From Azolla caroliniana (taxonomy: Eukaryota; Plantae; Polypodiophyta), in NCBI GenBank assembly GCA_043228905.1, contig JBHGNT010000008.1, positions 12,586,001 to 12,650,000 of the forward strand: DNA of 64,000 nucleotides, given 5' to 3'. This document shows positions 12,438 through 23,139 of this stretch, piece after piece. Position 1 is the first letter of the stretch; every line of letters begins with the position of its first letter. Position numbers and translations under genes: made by a program. The notes under the pieces are model-generated. The model worked only from the letters and a program-made list of their open reading frames with translations, was not told the DNA's origin and made no database searches.

Positions 12438-14433
12438 ACACATTGGCGGAGAACGAGACCTGGGACCTGGTTGGTGCACCAAGAGGGGTAAAACCAATCA
12501 GGTGTAGGTGGGTGTACAAGGTCAAGTACAACACCGATGGCTCGGTCAACCGGTACAAGGCTCGGCTAGTGGCAAAGGGCTACGCGCAGAAACACGACAT
12601 CGACTACGATGAGACGTTTGCGCCGGTCGAGAAAATGACGACCGTCCGTGTTTTGCTCGTAGTAGTTGTGGTGAAGGGGTGGCACTTACATCAGGTGGAT
12701 GTAAAGAATGCGTTCCTGCAAGGTGACCTTGAGGAACAGGTGTACATGGTACAGCCCCCCGATTTTCACTCCGGAACAAACTCCTCGGCAGTATGCCGAC
12801 TGAAGAAGTCCCTTTACGGACTGAAGCAAGCCCCGTGTGCCTGGAACGCGAAGATCACGCAACAACTGCGTCGGATGGGCTTTGTCACGTCAAAATCGGA
12901 CTCTTCCCTATTCATCCGGAAAGGTCGACTCGGACCGATTAGTATTTTACTATATGTTGATGACTTGGTCATCACCGGCACCGACCTAGGTGAAATCGAC
13001 CGCGTGAAGCTCCAGCTTGCGGCATCATTCGACATGAAGGATCTGGGGGACCTTCATTACTTCCTCGGGATCGAAGTGATCCGTACCCCCGAAGGCATAT
13101 TGATCAGCCAACGTTATTACGTGCTGAGTATGCTCTTCAAATTCGGGATGGCCGACTGTAAGTCCGTCTTGACTCCTCTGGACAGAACCGTCAAGCTTCG
13201 TCCCGATACGGGAAAGGTATGTGACCCAAGGAGGTTCCGACAAATTGTCGGAAGCGGCATATACTTGACCATCACTCGACCCGACCTCAGTTATCCGGTC
13301 GGAGTGATCAGTCAGTTCATGGCGCGACCTACCGAGGAGCACCTTCAGTGTGCGCAACGCATACTTCGGTATGTCAACGACACTAAGGACCGGGGACTGC
13401 TATATCGGACCGGTGCAGCCGCGCAGTTAGTCGGTTACACCGATGCTGATTGGGCTGGCAACGCCGCCAATCGCCGATCCACGTCCGGATACGCGTTCTC
13501 CCTCGGGAGTGCCGCGATCGCGTGGAGCAGTAAGAACTGTCGAGCACCGAAGCTGAGTACCGAGGAGCGGCTATCGCGACATGCGAAGCCATATGGTTGA
13601 AGCGGCTACTTAAGGACCTGCAAGAGGAGGTGTCAGATCTGACGACGATCTACTGCGACAACCTCAGCAGCATCGAACTCGCGAAAAACCCCGTTTTCCA
13701 CGCACGGACCAAGCACATTGAGGTGCACTACCATTTCGTCCGTGAGCGTGTCCTTTCCGGTGAAGTCGAACTTCAGTACGTTCCGACGGATCGGCAAATT
13801 GCCGACATCTTCACCAAGCCTCTTGGTCTGGACAAGTTGCGGCAATTCTCAGGTGCGCTCGGATTGCGTCACCTCGACGTGCCAAACTTGAGGGGGAGAA
13901 CTGTCCCGAACGACCAAGCAAGGCAATAGGAAAGGAGCGGAGACCGCGACACCGAGTCGGTTGACTCGGTTGTCGAGTTCGACTTCGGATCGGCTGAAGA
14001 AGCCGAGGGCGGACTCGCGGAAAAGTCCGGAAGCGGACAGAAGGGGAGCAGCCGAAGGAGAGAGCCGAAGCCAACCACACATGGGGAAGATGACGCCATC
14101 AAGGGCGAGAAGACCGAAGACAAGTTGGAGATAGCCAACTCGGACGAGAGCGAATACTGATCGGATGTAGCCGAGTCGGTTCGGATGTTTGATTCAGATA
14201 CGCTGAATCAACCGAGGCCCAAGCGGAAGGAAAGGCAGCAGGAGAAGCGTCAACACCGCAACAGTAGAAGAGATGATAAGGGCCACATGAGTAGACAAGC
14301 CGACCAGAAGGGTCGAAGCACGCGGAGTCGAACAGGTCGAGGAGCGTGAGCGAGGCGTGAAGCCAGGAGGAACCGGAGCTGTGAGCCCGAAGATCCCGAA
14401 GAGCCTCAAGTTGAGCTTGAGGGGGAGTGTTGA
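12438..14433 (+). pseudogene. pol: Copia B1 RT-RNase H plus a C-terminal extension reading into the LTR
   Basis: RLVAKGY, LYVDD, GYTDADW, HARTKHIEVHYHFVRE; the frame continues, with stops, to GAG TGT TGA at 14425-14433. Confidence 0.9.
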
Positions 14434-14871
14434 GAGACAAGCTTAACATCGGCCGGATTGGCTGAAGAAGCCGAGGACCAGATCGGTTAGGCCAAATGCG
14501 TAAACTAGTACGCAGACTGGTGCGTATGTAGGGCCGGATCGGTGCGTAAACCGAGAGGCCATTTGGAAAGATATTCCGTGAGGAATATATTTGGGAGTTA
14601 GTGTAGGAGCTCTTAATGAGCATTGAAGTACTGTCAGTACTTCTGTCAGTCCTTCTAGGACTTGTATAAAAGTGTTCATTGAACACACAAATGTATAGAG
14701 TGGTGAATAGAGATTGAATATTTTTTGTTGAATATAGTTCGTGTGTTTTCTCTCTCTCTCACTCTCTCTGTCTCTCCCGCGTATACTGCGTAAGCTCAAG
14801 CTCTCCATTAAACCTGAGTTTTATTCCTTCTGTTCGGTCTTCACACTTGCTTCCGCATGTTACTTTTTACA
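14428..14871 (+). repeat. 3' LTR of Copia B1
   Basis: TGTTGAGAG...TTTTACA; homologous to the reverse complements of 36603-37002 and 44372-44771. Confidence 0.95.
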
Positions 14872-16674
14872 TGTTTGAAAGACCAATATGGCCTTCCCAA
14901 CTGCAAATCATTTCTCCCATGTGCCCCAATGTCGATCCACGCATGCTTTACACCATTGCTGCACCTTCTCGAGTATGGCCATACTATGGACCTGAGCCTC
15001 GCCTAATTTGAGAAGTTGTTGTATCCATATTTGCTCGGACTTGCCTTCTGACAGTTGATCTCGTACTTGAATTCTTAAACTGGGCACTTGGAATTCGATG
15101 AGCATTATGGCTTCTAACCCAAACGCTAGCCGGAAGGGTGTGTACTGTATGCTAGTTTTGTAACTCGTCCGATATGCCCACAAAGCGCTGTGCAGCTTGG
15201 TATCCCAGTCTGTTCTATTCTCATTCACGATCTTTTTAATTATGGTCTGTAATGTCTTGTTCCCATTCACATGCGGGTAATATGGCGTGCTCTTCTTATG
15301 CACTACGGCGTAATGGTGAGTTAGCTTGTAGGTGATCAGATTCAGAAAGTGGCTCCCTTGATCACTGATAAGCTCGATTGGGCAACCAAAACGACACCAA
15401 ATGTATTCGTAAAGAAAATTTCCCGTGGATGCCGCCATATTATCCCATAATGATTTTGCTTCTACCCACTTAGTGCAGTAATCCGTGGCTACGAGAATGT
15501 ACTTATTGCCGGTCCGTGCTGCTGTCGGCGTAAAGGGTCCGACAAAATCCAGACCCCATTTCTGGAATGGATCCAGCGGAAGAACCGGTTGGTGTGGCAT
15601 CCTTACGAGCTCCGTAGGTTGCCCCAACCATTGACATAGATCACACTGTCTATAGTATTGATACGCGTCATTTTGCGTAGTTGGCCACCATAGACTTGCT
15701 TGCCATATTTTTCGGGCCGTAACATCGCCCGCGTAATGTCCCCCGGCCGTACCGCAGTGAGCTTCGCGCAGAACGGCTTCCTTTTCATCATGGCGTATCC
15801 AGCGTCACTAGATCCCATCGCTGCCTTTGTGGTAAAGTACTCCTTCAACTAGACAAAAGTTACGACTGCAGACAACCAATCGTTTCTTTTCATTCGTCCT
15901 TAGCTGCGGAAGTGGCAGTCCCATGGTCAGAAAGTACGTTATTTCCACCAGCCAACGATTCAGAAAATTCTTTTTTGCTTATGACGCCATAGTCATGATC
16001 CTTAGAATGTCAGCGTTAGGAAAGTTGTCATCGTCCCTCACCGCATTATCTCCATTATCCACTTTGCTTAAGAAATCAGCTACGGCATGCCTCGTGCCTG
16101 GCCGATGCTGTATTGCGAAATCGAACTCCTGGAGCAGCAACATCCATTTGGCCAACTTCCCTGTCAGTGCCTGTTTCTCAACTAGATACAATAACACCGC
16201 GTGATCTACGTGAAACGTAAATTTGTGCCCTAGCAGATAATGCCGGAATTTGTTGATGCTATATATCATCCCCAAGGCTTCAAACTCGGTTGTGGAGTAG
16301 TTCCTCTCGGCAGTTGATAACTTACGATTGGCATAATAGACCGGTTTGTACCAATTCGGCTCTGTGAGTTGCATTAATGCGTTGCCTATTGCTATATCCG
16401 AGGCATCCACAAAGACGTGAAAGGTTTAGCCCAATCTAGTGGTTGTACTACCGGTTCTTGGGTTAACATTATCTTGAGTGCTTTTTAAGCTTTCTCTTCT
16501 ATTGCTGTCCACTTGAAGGGCATTCGATGTACGACGGTGTGTAATGCGGTCGCAAAATCTGCCAAGTACCGTTGTCGTAGTGTATTTTGTACACTACGTG
16601 AAAAACGTATATAGTATTAGATTCAATAAAAAATGAAGAAATAGAAGAAAATAGCAAAATAAATGGAACATGCA

Positions 16675-16740
16675 TAGGGCAAGATTCGAACCTTGCACCT
16701 CCATGTTAATAATGTAATGTCTTACCATTACACTAGCATT
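16675..16740 (-). promoter_or_regulatory. tRNA-like A/B-box module in the gag-only element LTR (second copy 19468-19533)
   Basis: TAGTGTAATGG..32 nt..GGTTCGAATCT with a gcaag/cttgc T-arm-like stem. Confidence 0.72.
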
Positions 16741-17307
16741 TCATTAGTGTTAAAACATAGATGTCCCACATAGAAAGGTAAATTCACGCTAGGATAAACA
16801 TTAGAAAAACGCATAACAAAAGAAAAAGCTACACATACACATCTAGCGTGCATGATAAAAAACGCACAAGTTAGAAAAAGCATGATCACTTTAGATAAAG
16901 CATATAGTCTATCTATAGGAAAAGCATGGGGTCTATAGTTAGAGAAAAAAGCATGGATTACTAAGACTTCCTCATCACTACATAAGGATGGGGAGCACAA
17001 TGTAATTGTGTGTGAAAAATATTTGGAAACTGGATATGTTTCTAAAAAACACCAATTAATAAACTATACTCGTGGGATTCACGAGAATTCTATATCATTC
17101 TCTTTCAACCGAAGTTTATATTCTCATATCTAAATATTGATTAATCGAATACAATACACTCGTGGGATTCATGAAATTTCTATCTCTCTTTCTAATAATC
17201 TATCCATTACTAGCCTCATCTCATATTCTTCTTTCTCCTAGTCCAAAACCCCAGTGGTTCCCACCCGACTCACGCAAACGATCCGGAGCCGAAAGGCACG
17301 ACACAGT

Positions 17308-17325
17308 TGGTGAACCCGACGTGAA
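17308..17325 (+). other. Primer-binding site complementary to the tRNA-Trp 3' end
   Basis: tggtgaacccgacgtgaa is the reverse complement of TTCACGTCGGGTTCACCA, the 3' end of plant cytosolic tRNA-Trp(CCA) as recalled; the same PBS occurs at about 62308. Confidence 0.85.
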
Positions 17326-17341
17326 GACGGGTGGCAAGGAG

Positions 17342-18631
17342 ATGGAGAATCAACAAGAGGCGATGAACATGATGATGATAATGTTTGAGCGGATGCAACA
17401 AGAACAACGTGCGATGTCGGAGATGAAGGCGGCAGTAGAGCGGCTTCTGCGACGAAACGGGGAATTCAACGGTAAGGGTGTGTCACGCTACCTACGTGAA
17501 TATAAGGCGGAGATGATGCAATATCGGATACCGGAAGGATTGCAAGTGATATCCTTTAGTCGGGTGGCCTCGGACGAACTACAAGAGAGAATCCACAAGA
17601 TACAACAACAAAACTCGACATGGGAGTCCTTTGAAGAAGCTTTACGGGAGGCATATGACTATGAGAGATGGACGGGACGAGATCGACGAGAATTCGACGA
17701 ATGGGTGGCGTCGGAGAAGACTCACCGAAGTGCAACGCAAGCGTTCCTAGAGTTCGAGCATCGTTTTGCTCGACTCTCGGAGCAGGAACGAAGATTGGTG
17801 GGAGAAGATAAAGTCTTAATGTTCGTAAGATCGATCGATCGGAAAGAAAGGATGGACATTGGGATCGAACTCGAAGATGATGACGGTGCGAACGGCCTTA
17901 CCGAGGATTGGGCCAAAGTCGAAAGGGTATGCCGAAGACATGATGAAAGGAAGCTGAGAATCTCGTCAACAACGACATGGCCCATGAAGGATGGTCGATT
18001 GAGGAAAAACGATGAAGCCAATATGAAGGCCGAAATACAACATGATGGTACCACGGCAGAAAGAGTGGAACAAGACACCCACTCGTCTTGTGAAAGAACG
18101 ATGGCGAAGGATAAGGCCGATAATTCAAGTGTAGAAGGAAATTTCGGGATACAAGTGCCCGAGACATCGGGTCAAAAAGGGGTAAGCATAATAGATGTTT
18201 GCATAATTGATGCAGATAAAGAGTGTGAAGCGGATGTGATTAAGGAGGTAGCCACAAAAGACGAAATTGAATCGGAGGTGGCTATGGACGAATCAATGGC
18301 GGATTGCCATATCGAGACTTCCCCACCACTGATTCCAGAGACTCCGGCGGTTGCGATCGAAAGGCAACGTGAGACCGAAGAGACGGAAGGTGGCGGAGAG
18401 AAAACGAATGTCGAAGCCGACGAATACGATGAAGAGATAGCCGAGAAGAATGCTAAGGGTGAAACTACGAAAGAAGGTAATACCGAGGATTCATGCCAAC
18501 AATATCTAGAGACTTCGGCGGTTGTGTCCGAGAACCAACGTGAGACCGGAGAGACGGGAGATGGCGGCGAGGAAGGTAAAGTCGGAAGTCGGTTCGGATG
18601 GAAAAATGATCCATCCGAAATTCCAATCTAA
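17342..18631 (+). CDS. gag: Gag capsid-like protein with a long acidic tail (intact ORF, about 430 aa)
   Basis: N-terminal half aligns by eye with J gag (GEFNGKGVSRYL vs GMFDGTNISKYV; KVLMFVRSID vs KVALFLQAVD; GLTEDWAKV vs GISADWNEV); no zinc knuckle. Confidence 0.85.
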   Translation: MENQQEAMNMMMIMFERMQQEQRAMSEMKAAVERLLRRNGEFNGKGVSRYLREYKAEMMQYRIPEGLQVISFSRVASDELQERIHKIQQQNSTWESFEEALREAYDYERWTGRDRREFDEWVASEKTHRSATQAFLEFEHRFARLSEQERRLVGEDKVLMFVRSIDRKERMDIGIELEDDDGANGLTEDWAKVERVCRRHDERKLRISSTTTWPMKDGRLRKNDEANMKAEIQHDGTTAERVEQDTHSSCERTMAKDKADNSSVEGNFGIQVPETSGQKGVSIIDVCIIDADKECEADVIKEVATKDEIESEVAMDESMADCHIETSPPLIPETPAVAIERQRETEETEGGGEKTNVEADEYDEEIAEKNAKGETTKEGNTEDSCQQYLETSAVVSENQRETGETGDGGEEGKVGSRFGWKNDPSEIPI

Positions 18632-21600
18632 AAGAAAGTGCGACAATGCGGAGGTCGGGTCTACGACGGGAGAAGCGCGTAATACAGAGCACGCTCTACG
18701 GCGAATAAAGAAACGCGTGTTATGGCGAATAAAGAAGCACGCGCTATGGCGAGAAAAGAAGCATGCATTACAACCACACGAGGACCGAACAACGAGTACA
18801 TATCGGAGGACCTACGTGGCGAACAACGGAAAGAAGTGCCGAAAGTCGAACCGGACAAGGCAGGTGAAAACGAAGAAAAGAAAGCAAATCCGGATGAAAA
18901 GAAAAGAAAAGAAACCGACCCGAAAGAGCACTGAATCGGTAAAAACCGATCAACCGAGTCCGGATCGACCGAATACAAATCGGAAAGGAAGCCGAACTAA
19001 ACGAAAGACGATCCGACGAGACCGAATCGGAAGTAAGCTAATCCGACTAAACCGAAAATCCGAAAAGAAGTCGAGATTGATGAAGAAAAGAAAGAGGGCA
19101 AAAAAAGATACTACCGCGGATGACAAGGACCAAGCGGGCCATGCAAAAAGCGAACGAAGACTATGGTGGATCGGATGTCGACAATGGTTCGGGTGGAAAG
19201 AATGGATGTGCTCCAAATGGAGAGACAAAGTCAACATAACAAGAGAAGTCGAGGGTACTACGAGCCGGCAACGAAACCAATCGGGTAGAGACTGGACGGA
19301 GGAGACTAACAAACACCAACAACTTCGGCACATACCAGAGGATGTGCGGGTTTGGAGGGGGTGAGTGTCGTAGTGTATTTTGTACACTACGTGAAAAACG
19401 TATATAGTATTAGATTCAATAAAAAATGAAGAAATAGAAGAAAATAGCAAAATAAATGGAACATGCATAGGGCAAGATTCGAACCTTGCACCTCCATGTT
19501 AATAATGTAATGTCTTACCATTACACTAGCATTTCATTAGTGTTAAAACATAGATGTCCCACATAGAAAGGTAAATTCACGCTAGGATAAACATTAGAAA
19601 AACGCATAACAAAAGAAAAAGCTACACATACACATCTAGCGTGCATGATAAAAAACGCACAAGTTAGAAAAAGCATGATCACTTTAGATAAAGCATATAG
19701 TCTATCTATAGGAAAAGCATGGGGTCTATAGTTAGAGAAAAAAGCATGGATTACTAAGACTTCCTCATCACTACATAAGGATGGGGAGCACAATGTAATT
19801 GTGTGTGAAAAATATTTGGAAACTGGATATGTTTCTAAAAAACACCAATTAATAAACTATACTCGTGGGATTCACGAGAATTCTATATCATTCTCTTTCA
19901 ACCGAAGTTTATATTCTCATATCTAAATATTGATTAATCGAATACAATACACTCGTGGGATTCACGAAATTTCTATCTCTCTTTCTAATAATCTATCCAT
20001 TACTAGCCTCATCTCATATTCTTCTTTCTCCTAGTCCAAAACCCCAGTGGTTCCCACCCGACTCACGCAAACGATCCGGAGCCGAAAGGCACGACACCGT
20101 AAAATGGGGCTATGCTAGCGTATTTGACCTAGGATGCGGCTGAGGGCTTTGACATTAGTCAGAGTCTTTGCTTCAATGATCGCTGTGATTTTTTTTGGAT
20201 CCATCGCTATCCCTAACTTGCTTACGATGTGTCCGAGAAGTGCCTCACTGGTGACACCGAATGCACATCTGGACGGATTAAGGCTAAGGCGTGACATACG
20301 GTAGTGCTCCAAACAAACTCGGAGATGGCCCAAATGTTCGCCTCATGTTCCATATACCACGAAATCGTCGAGGAAGACTTGCATAAAGGCGGGTATGTAC
20401 TCCCCAAAAATCTCCGTAATTGTTCGCTGGAAAGTCACAGGCGCTGTTCTTAGCCCAAACATTATGACCATAGCGACAAAAACACCCCAATTCGTGACGA
20501 ACACAGTCTTCTCCTGGTCATCAGGGTGCATGCGTACCTGATTGTATCCGTTAAAACCATCTAGAAAACTACAAATGTCATGGCCTGCAACCGTGTCTAG
20601 TATGCTATCTGTGAAGGGTAAGGGGAACGCGTCCGTAATCGTCACGACGTTAAGCTTACGATAATCCCCGCAAACGCGGATTTTACCATTTTTCTTTGGT
20701 ACCATGACTATCGGGCTCAGCCACGTGGCTTGCTTCACTGGCCGGATAAACCTTGCTTTTAGAAGTTTGTCAATTTCTTCTTTTACGCGAACCACGTAAT
20801 TCAGGTTCATTCGATAGCGGCGTTGTTGCACCGGTTTCGCGTCAGTGGACAAGTTGATCTTGTGCTGATAAAATTTTGGATCCAACCCCTGCATGTCCTC
20901 ATGTGACCATGCAAAAACATCCTTATATTCCTTGAGCAAGTCTATATTATTGTCTTCTCACTTGGGATCATGTCCTTCGCAATTGAAAGTAGTCGAGGTT
21001 CCAATATTGACTTCTTCTAATGCCGAAGCAGTGGCTCGCCGCGAGATTTCTATCTCTCTCTCGAACGTTGCGTGTGCTCTACCTAACTCCATTAGCGACT
21101 CTGGGTTCGGTTCGTATTCAACTTCCTGAAGCGTATTAGTTGGGGCGTATCCCGCAACAGTTTCTATTACGTCAATTTCAAATAATGGAACAATCCACAG
21201 GTGATCCTCTAGGTACGCCTCAAGCTCTATATCATCTACTCCTTCCAACATATTTATATCTTCAGCGTATAATGGCGTTATGCCCTGGTTGGTGCCACCG
21301 TTTCCTAAGTGGGCACGCAAACTTTGCTTCGGCCTCACCGGAAGCTGATCCAATTATGCGGCATATTCTGTTTGATGTTGGCTGAATGTAGCCAAGGTCT
21401 ACCGAGCAATATTGGGTATGCTCCCGGAGCGTCTACTACGAGCACTACCGCAGAGATGTCGAAGTGATGGCTGCCAACGACAATGCCTAATTTCCGGATT
21501 AACCCTAGGGGTCTGACAGCGGGTGTCCACCATGCGGAACGAGGAAAGGGCATGCTTCCCAACTGTAATTCCTAGTCGTGCGCATGTATTTGTACTGATG

Positions 21601-22285
21601 ACATTAACACCGGACCCCCCCATCAATGATACATCCTGAGATTTCCTGACCTTGCAGTACCAACTTAATGGCTGGATTGTGATGATCTACGACTATTGGT
21701 CTAGTACTAGACTCTGCAAAATTTGCCGAGACCTTTGAGTCGGTTATGCCCCTTATGCGATTTTCCACGACCTGCCGGAATCGTGGCACCAATCGGGAAA
21801 GCTTCTCCATGGTCATGGTTATCTCACAGTCCGCCAATGCTTGCCATATGGTATCCGGCGATGATGTGTTTTCTTTCATCAACAAGTTGACGTTTGCGGA
21901 CTCCTGCTTCATACGCTACGCGTTTGCCGCATTTGCTTCTTCTACCCAAGCCTGGGCTGCCTTGCGTATCTCATCTTGTTCTGCCAAGTCTGCATTCTTC
22001 GCATGTTGCCGTGTCGTGACTTGTTGGACTTCTACCGTGATGGTATTCACGGCTGCCTCCTTTCCTTTTCGACGTGGACATTGTGTCGTGTAATGACCGG
22101 GTTGTTGACACATGAAACAGAGTACGCTGGAGTCACCTCTTTCTACTACCGGAGGTGTATTAGTTTCTGCCGGTACTGCTTGTTCGTCTCGGTTATGCTG
22201 AAATCTCTTGTTATTCCAGGGTTGTTGACGGTATTCTTGGCGTGGCTCTTGACGTTGTCGGGGTAGTTGTGGTTCGTGCGGCAAA

Positions 22286-23139
22286 GTCGCAGGGACTAAG
22301 GTTAAGGGGAGTTGAAGGAACTTTTATAAGGCTTGCGCACAAATGTTAGGAAGATTAAGGATATGAAGAATAAGAGTTTAAAGTAATATGTGTGAGAGAG
22401 AGACTAGTATAGATAAAAGATAGAGACAATGTATGATTCAAGAAGCAAGATAGAGACAAAGTATGATTTAAGACAAAAAAGTATATGATATGAACATGAT
22501 GTATATTACAAATACAAGATTTTACCAACTTTACAATGCTTGGTAGCAAGATGAACCCTTTCTCTACCGACCCTTGATTCGAACTCTTGACTCCAATTTG
22601 GAAACACAAGCCTCTTCACCAACAAGCTAACTTGTTTGTTTCTTTAATTATCTTATTTCTCTAACTTTCTCTCTTCTTGATTGATTCCCCTCTTTTTAGA
22701 GGTGCCCCCATGCATATAATGCATGTGAGGGTAAAGACATGCATGCAATGCAAGTGATGCATGATCGCCATTTGGCGTTCATCCATTACATGTGATGCAT
22801 GATAGAGATCTCGCTCATTTGAGCTTCCATGTATGAAAATAGACATGGGATAAGTATAATGATGGAATTACATTCTAAAATAACTAACTTAGCTAAGTGG
22901 TGTATACCTTGTGCTTGTTATACAAGGTCGAGGGTTCGAGTCTCTCAATTTTACTCAATACAATATTTAGCTTCATTCTTACATCATGAAGCACATTCTT
23001 TACAATACTAATAAATAGCCTAGTTTAGTGGCATGTACATTGTATTTCATATATAAGGGTGTGTGTTCGAGTTTTTCAAATATTATTAAATACAATATTT
23101 TAGTTCATTTTTATATCGTGATGCACATTCTTCACGACA
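22286..23139 (-). repeat. Solo/truncated LTR S1 (TGTCGTGAAG clade) inserted in F gag
   Basis: Starts tgtcgtgaagaatg on the minus strand at 23139; shares the CATGCA promoter block with LTR A; left end not canonical. Confidence 0.8.
22885..23078 (+). promoter_or_regulatory. Two tandem tRNA-like A/B-box modules in S1 (a third, opposite strand, at 22575-22629)
   Basis: TAGCTAAGTGG(22890)..AAGGTC GAGGG TTCGAGT CTCTC (full T-arm); TAGTTTAGTGG(23021)..TGTTCGAGTTT. Confidence 0.72.

Larger units (their letters stand above)
4434..14871 (+). mobile_element. Ty1/Copia element B1 (5' end outside the window), interrupted by Copia C
   Basis: gag-PR-INT-RT-RH order; PPT gagggggag at 14419-14427; 3' LTR 14428-14871 matches the LTRs of B2. 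Confidence 0.95.
16573..20096 (+). mobile_element. Non-autonomous gag-only LTR element (TR-GAG-like), very recent
   Basis: Two 731-bp LTRs (16573-17303, 19366-20096) with one visible mismatch; 4-bp TSD CCGT; PBS 17308-17325; PPT ggagggggtgag; no PR/RT/RH/INT. Confidence 0.95.

Noticed and set aside
4673-12500. Numerous antisense and alternate-frame ORFs over the GC-rich Copia elements
   Set aside because: Shadow ORFs expected from GC-rich codon usage; no recognisable domains.
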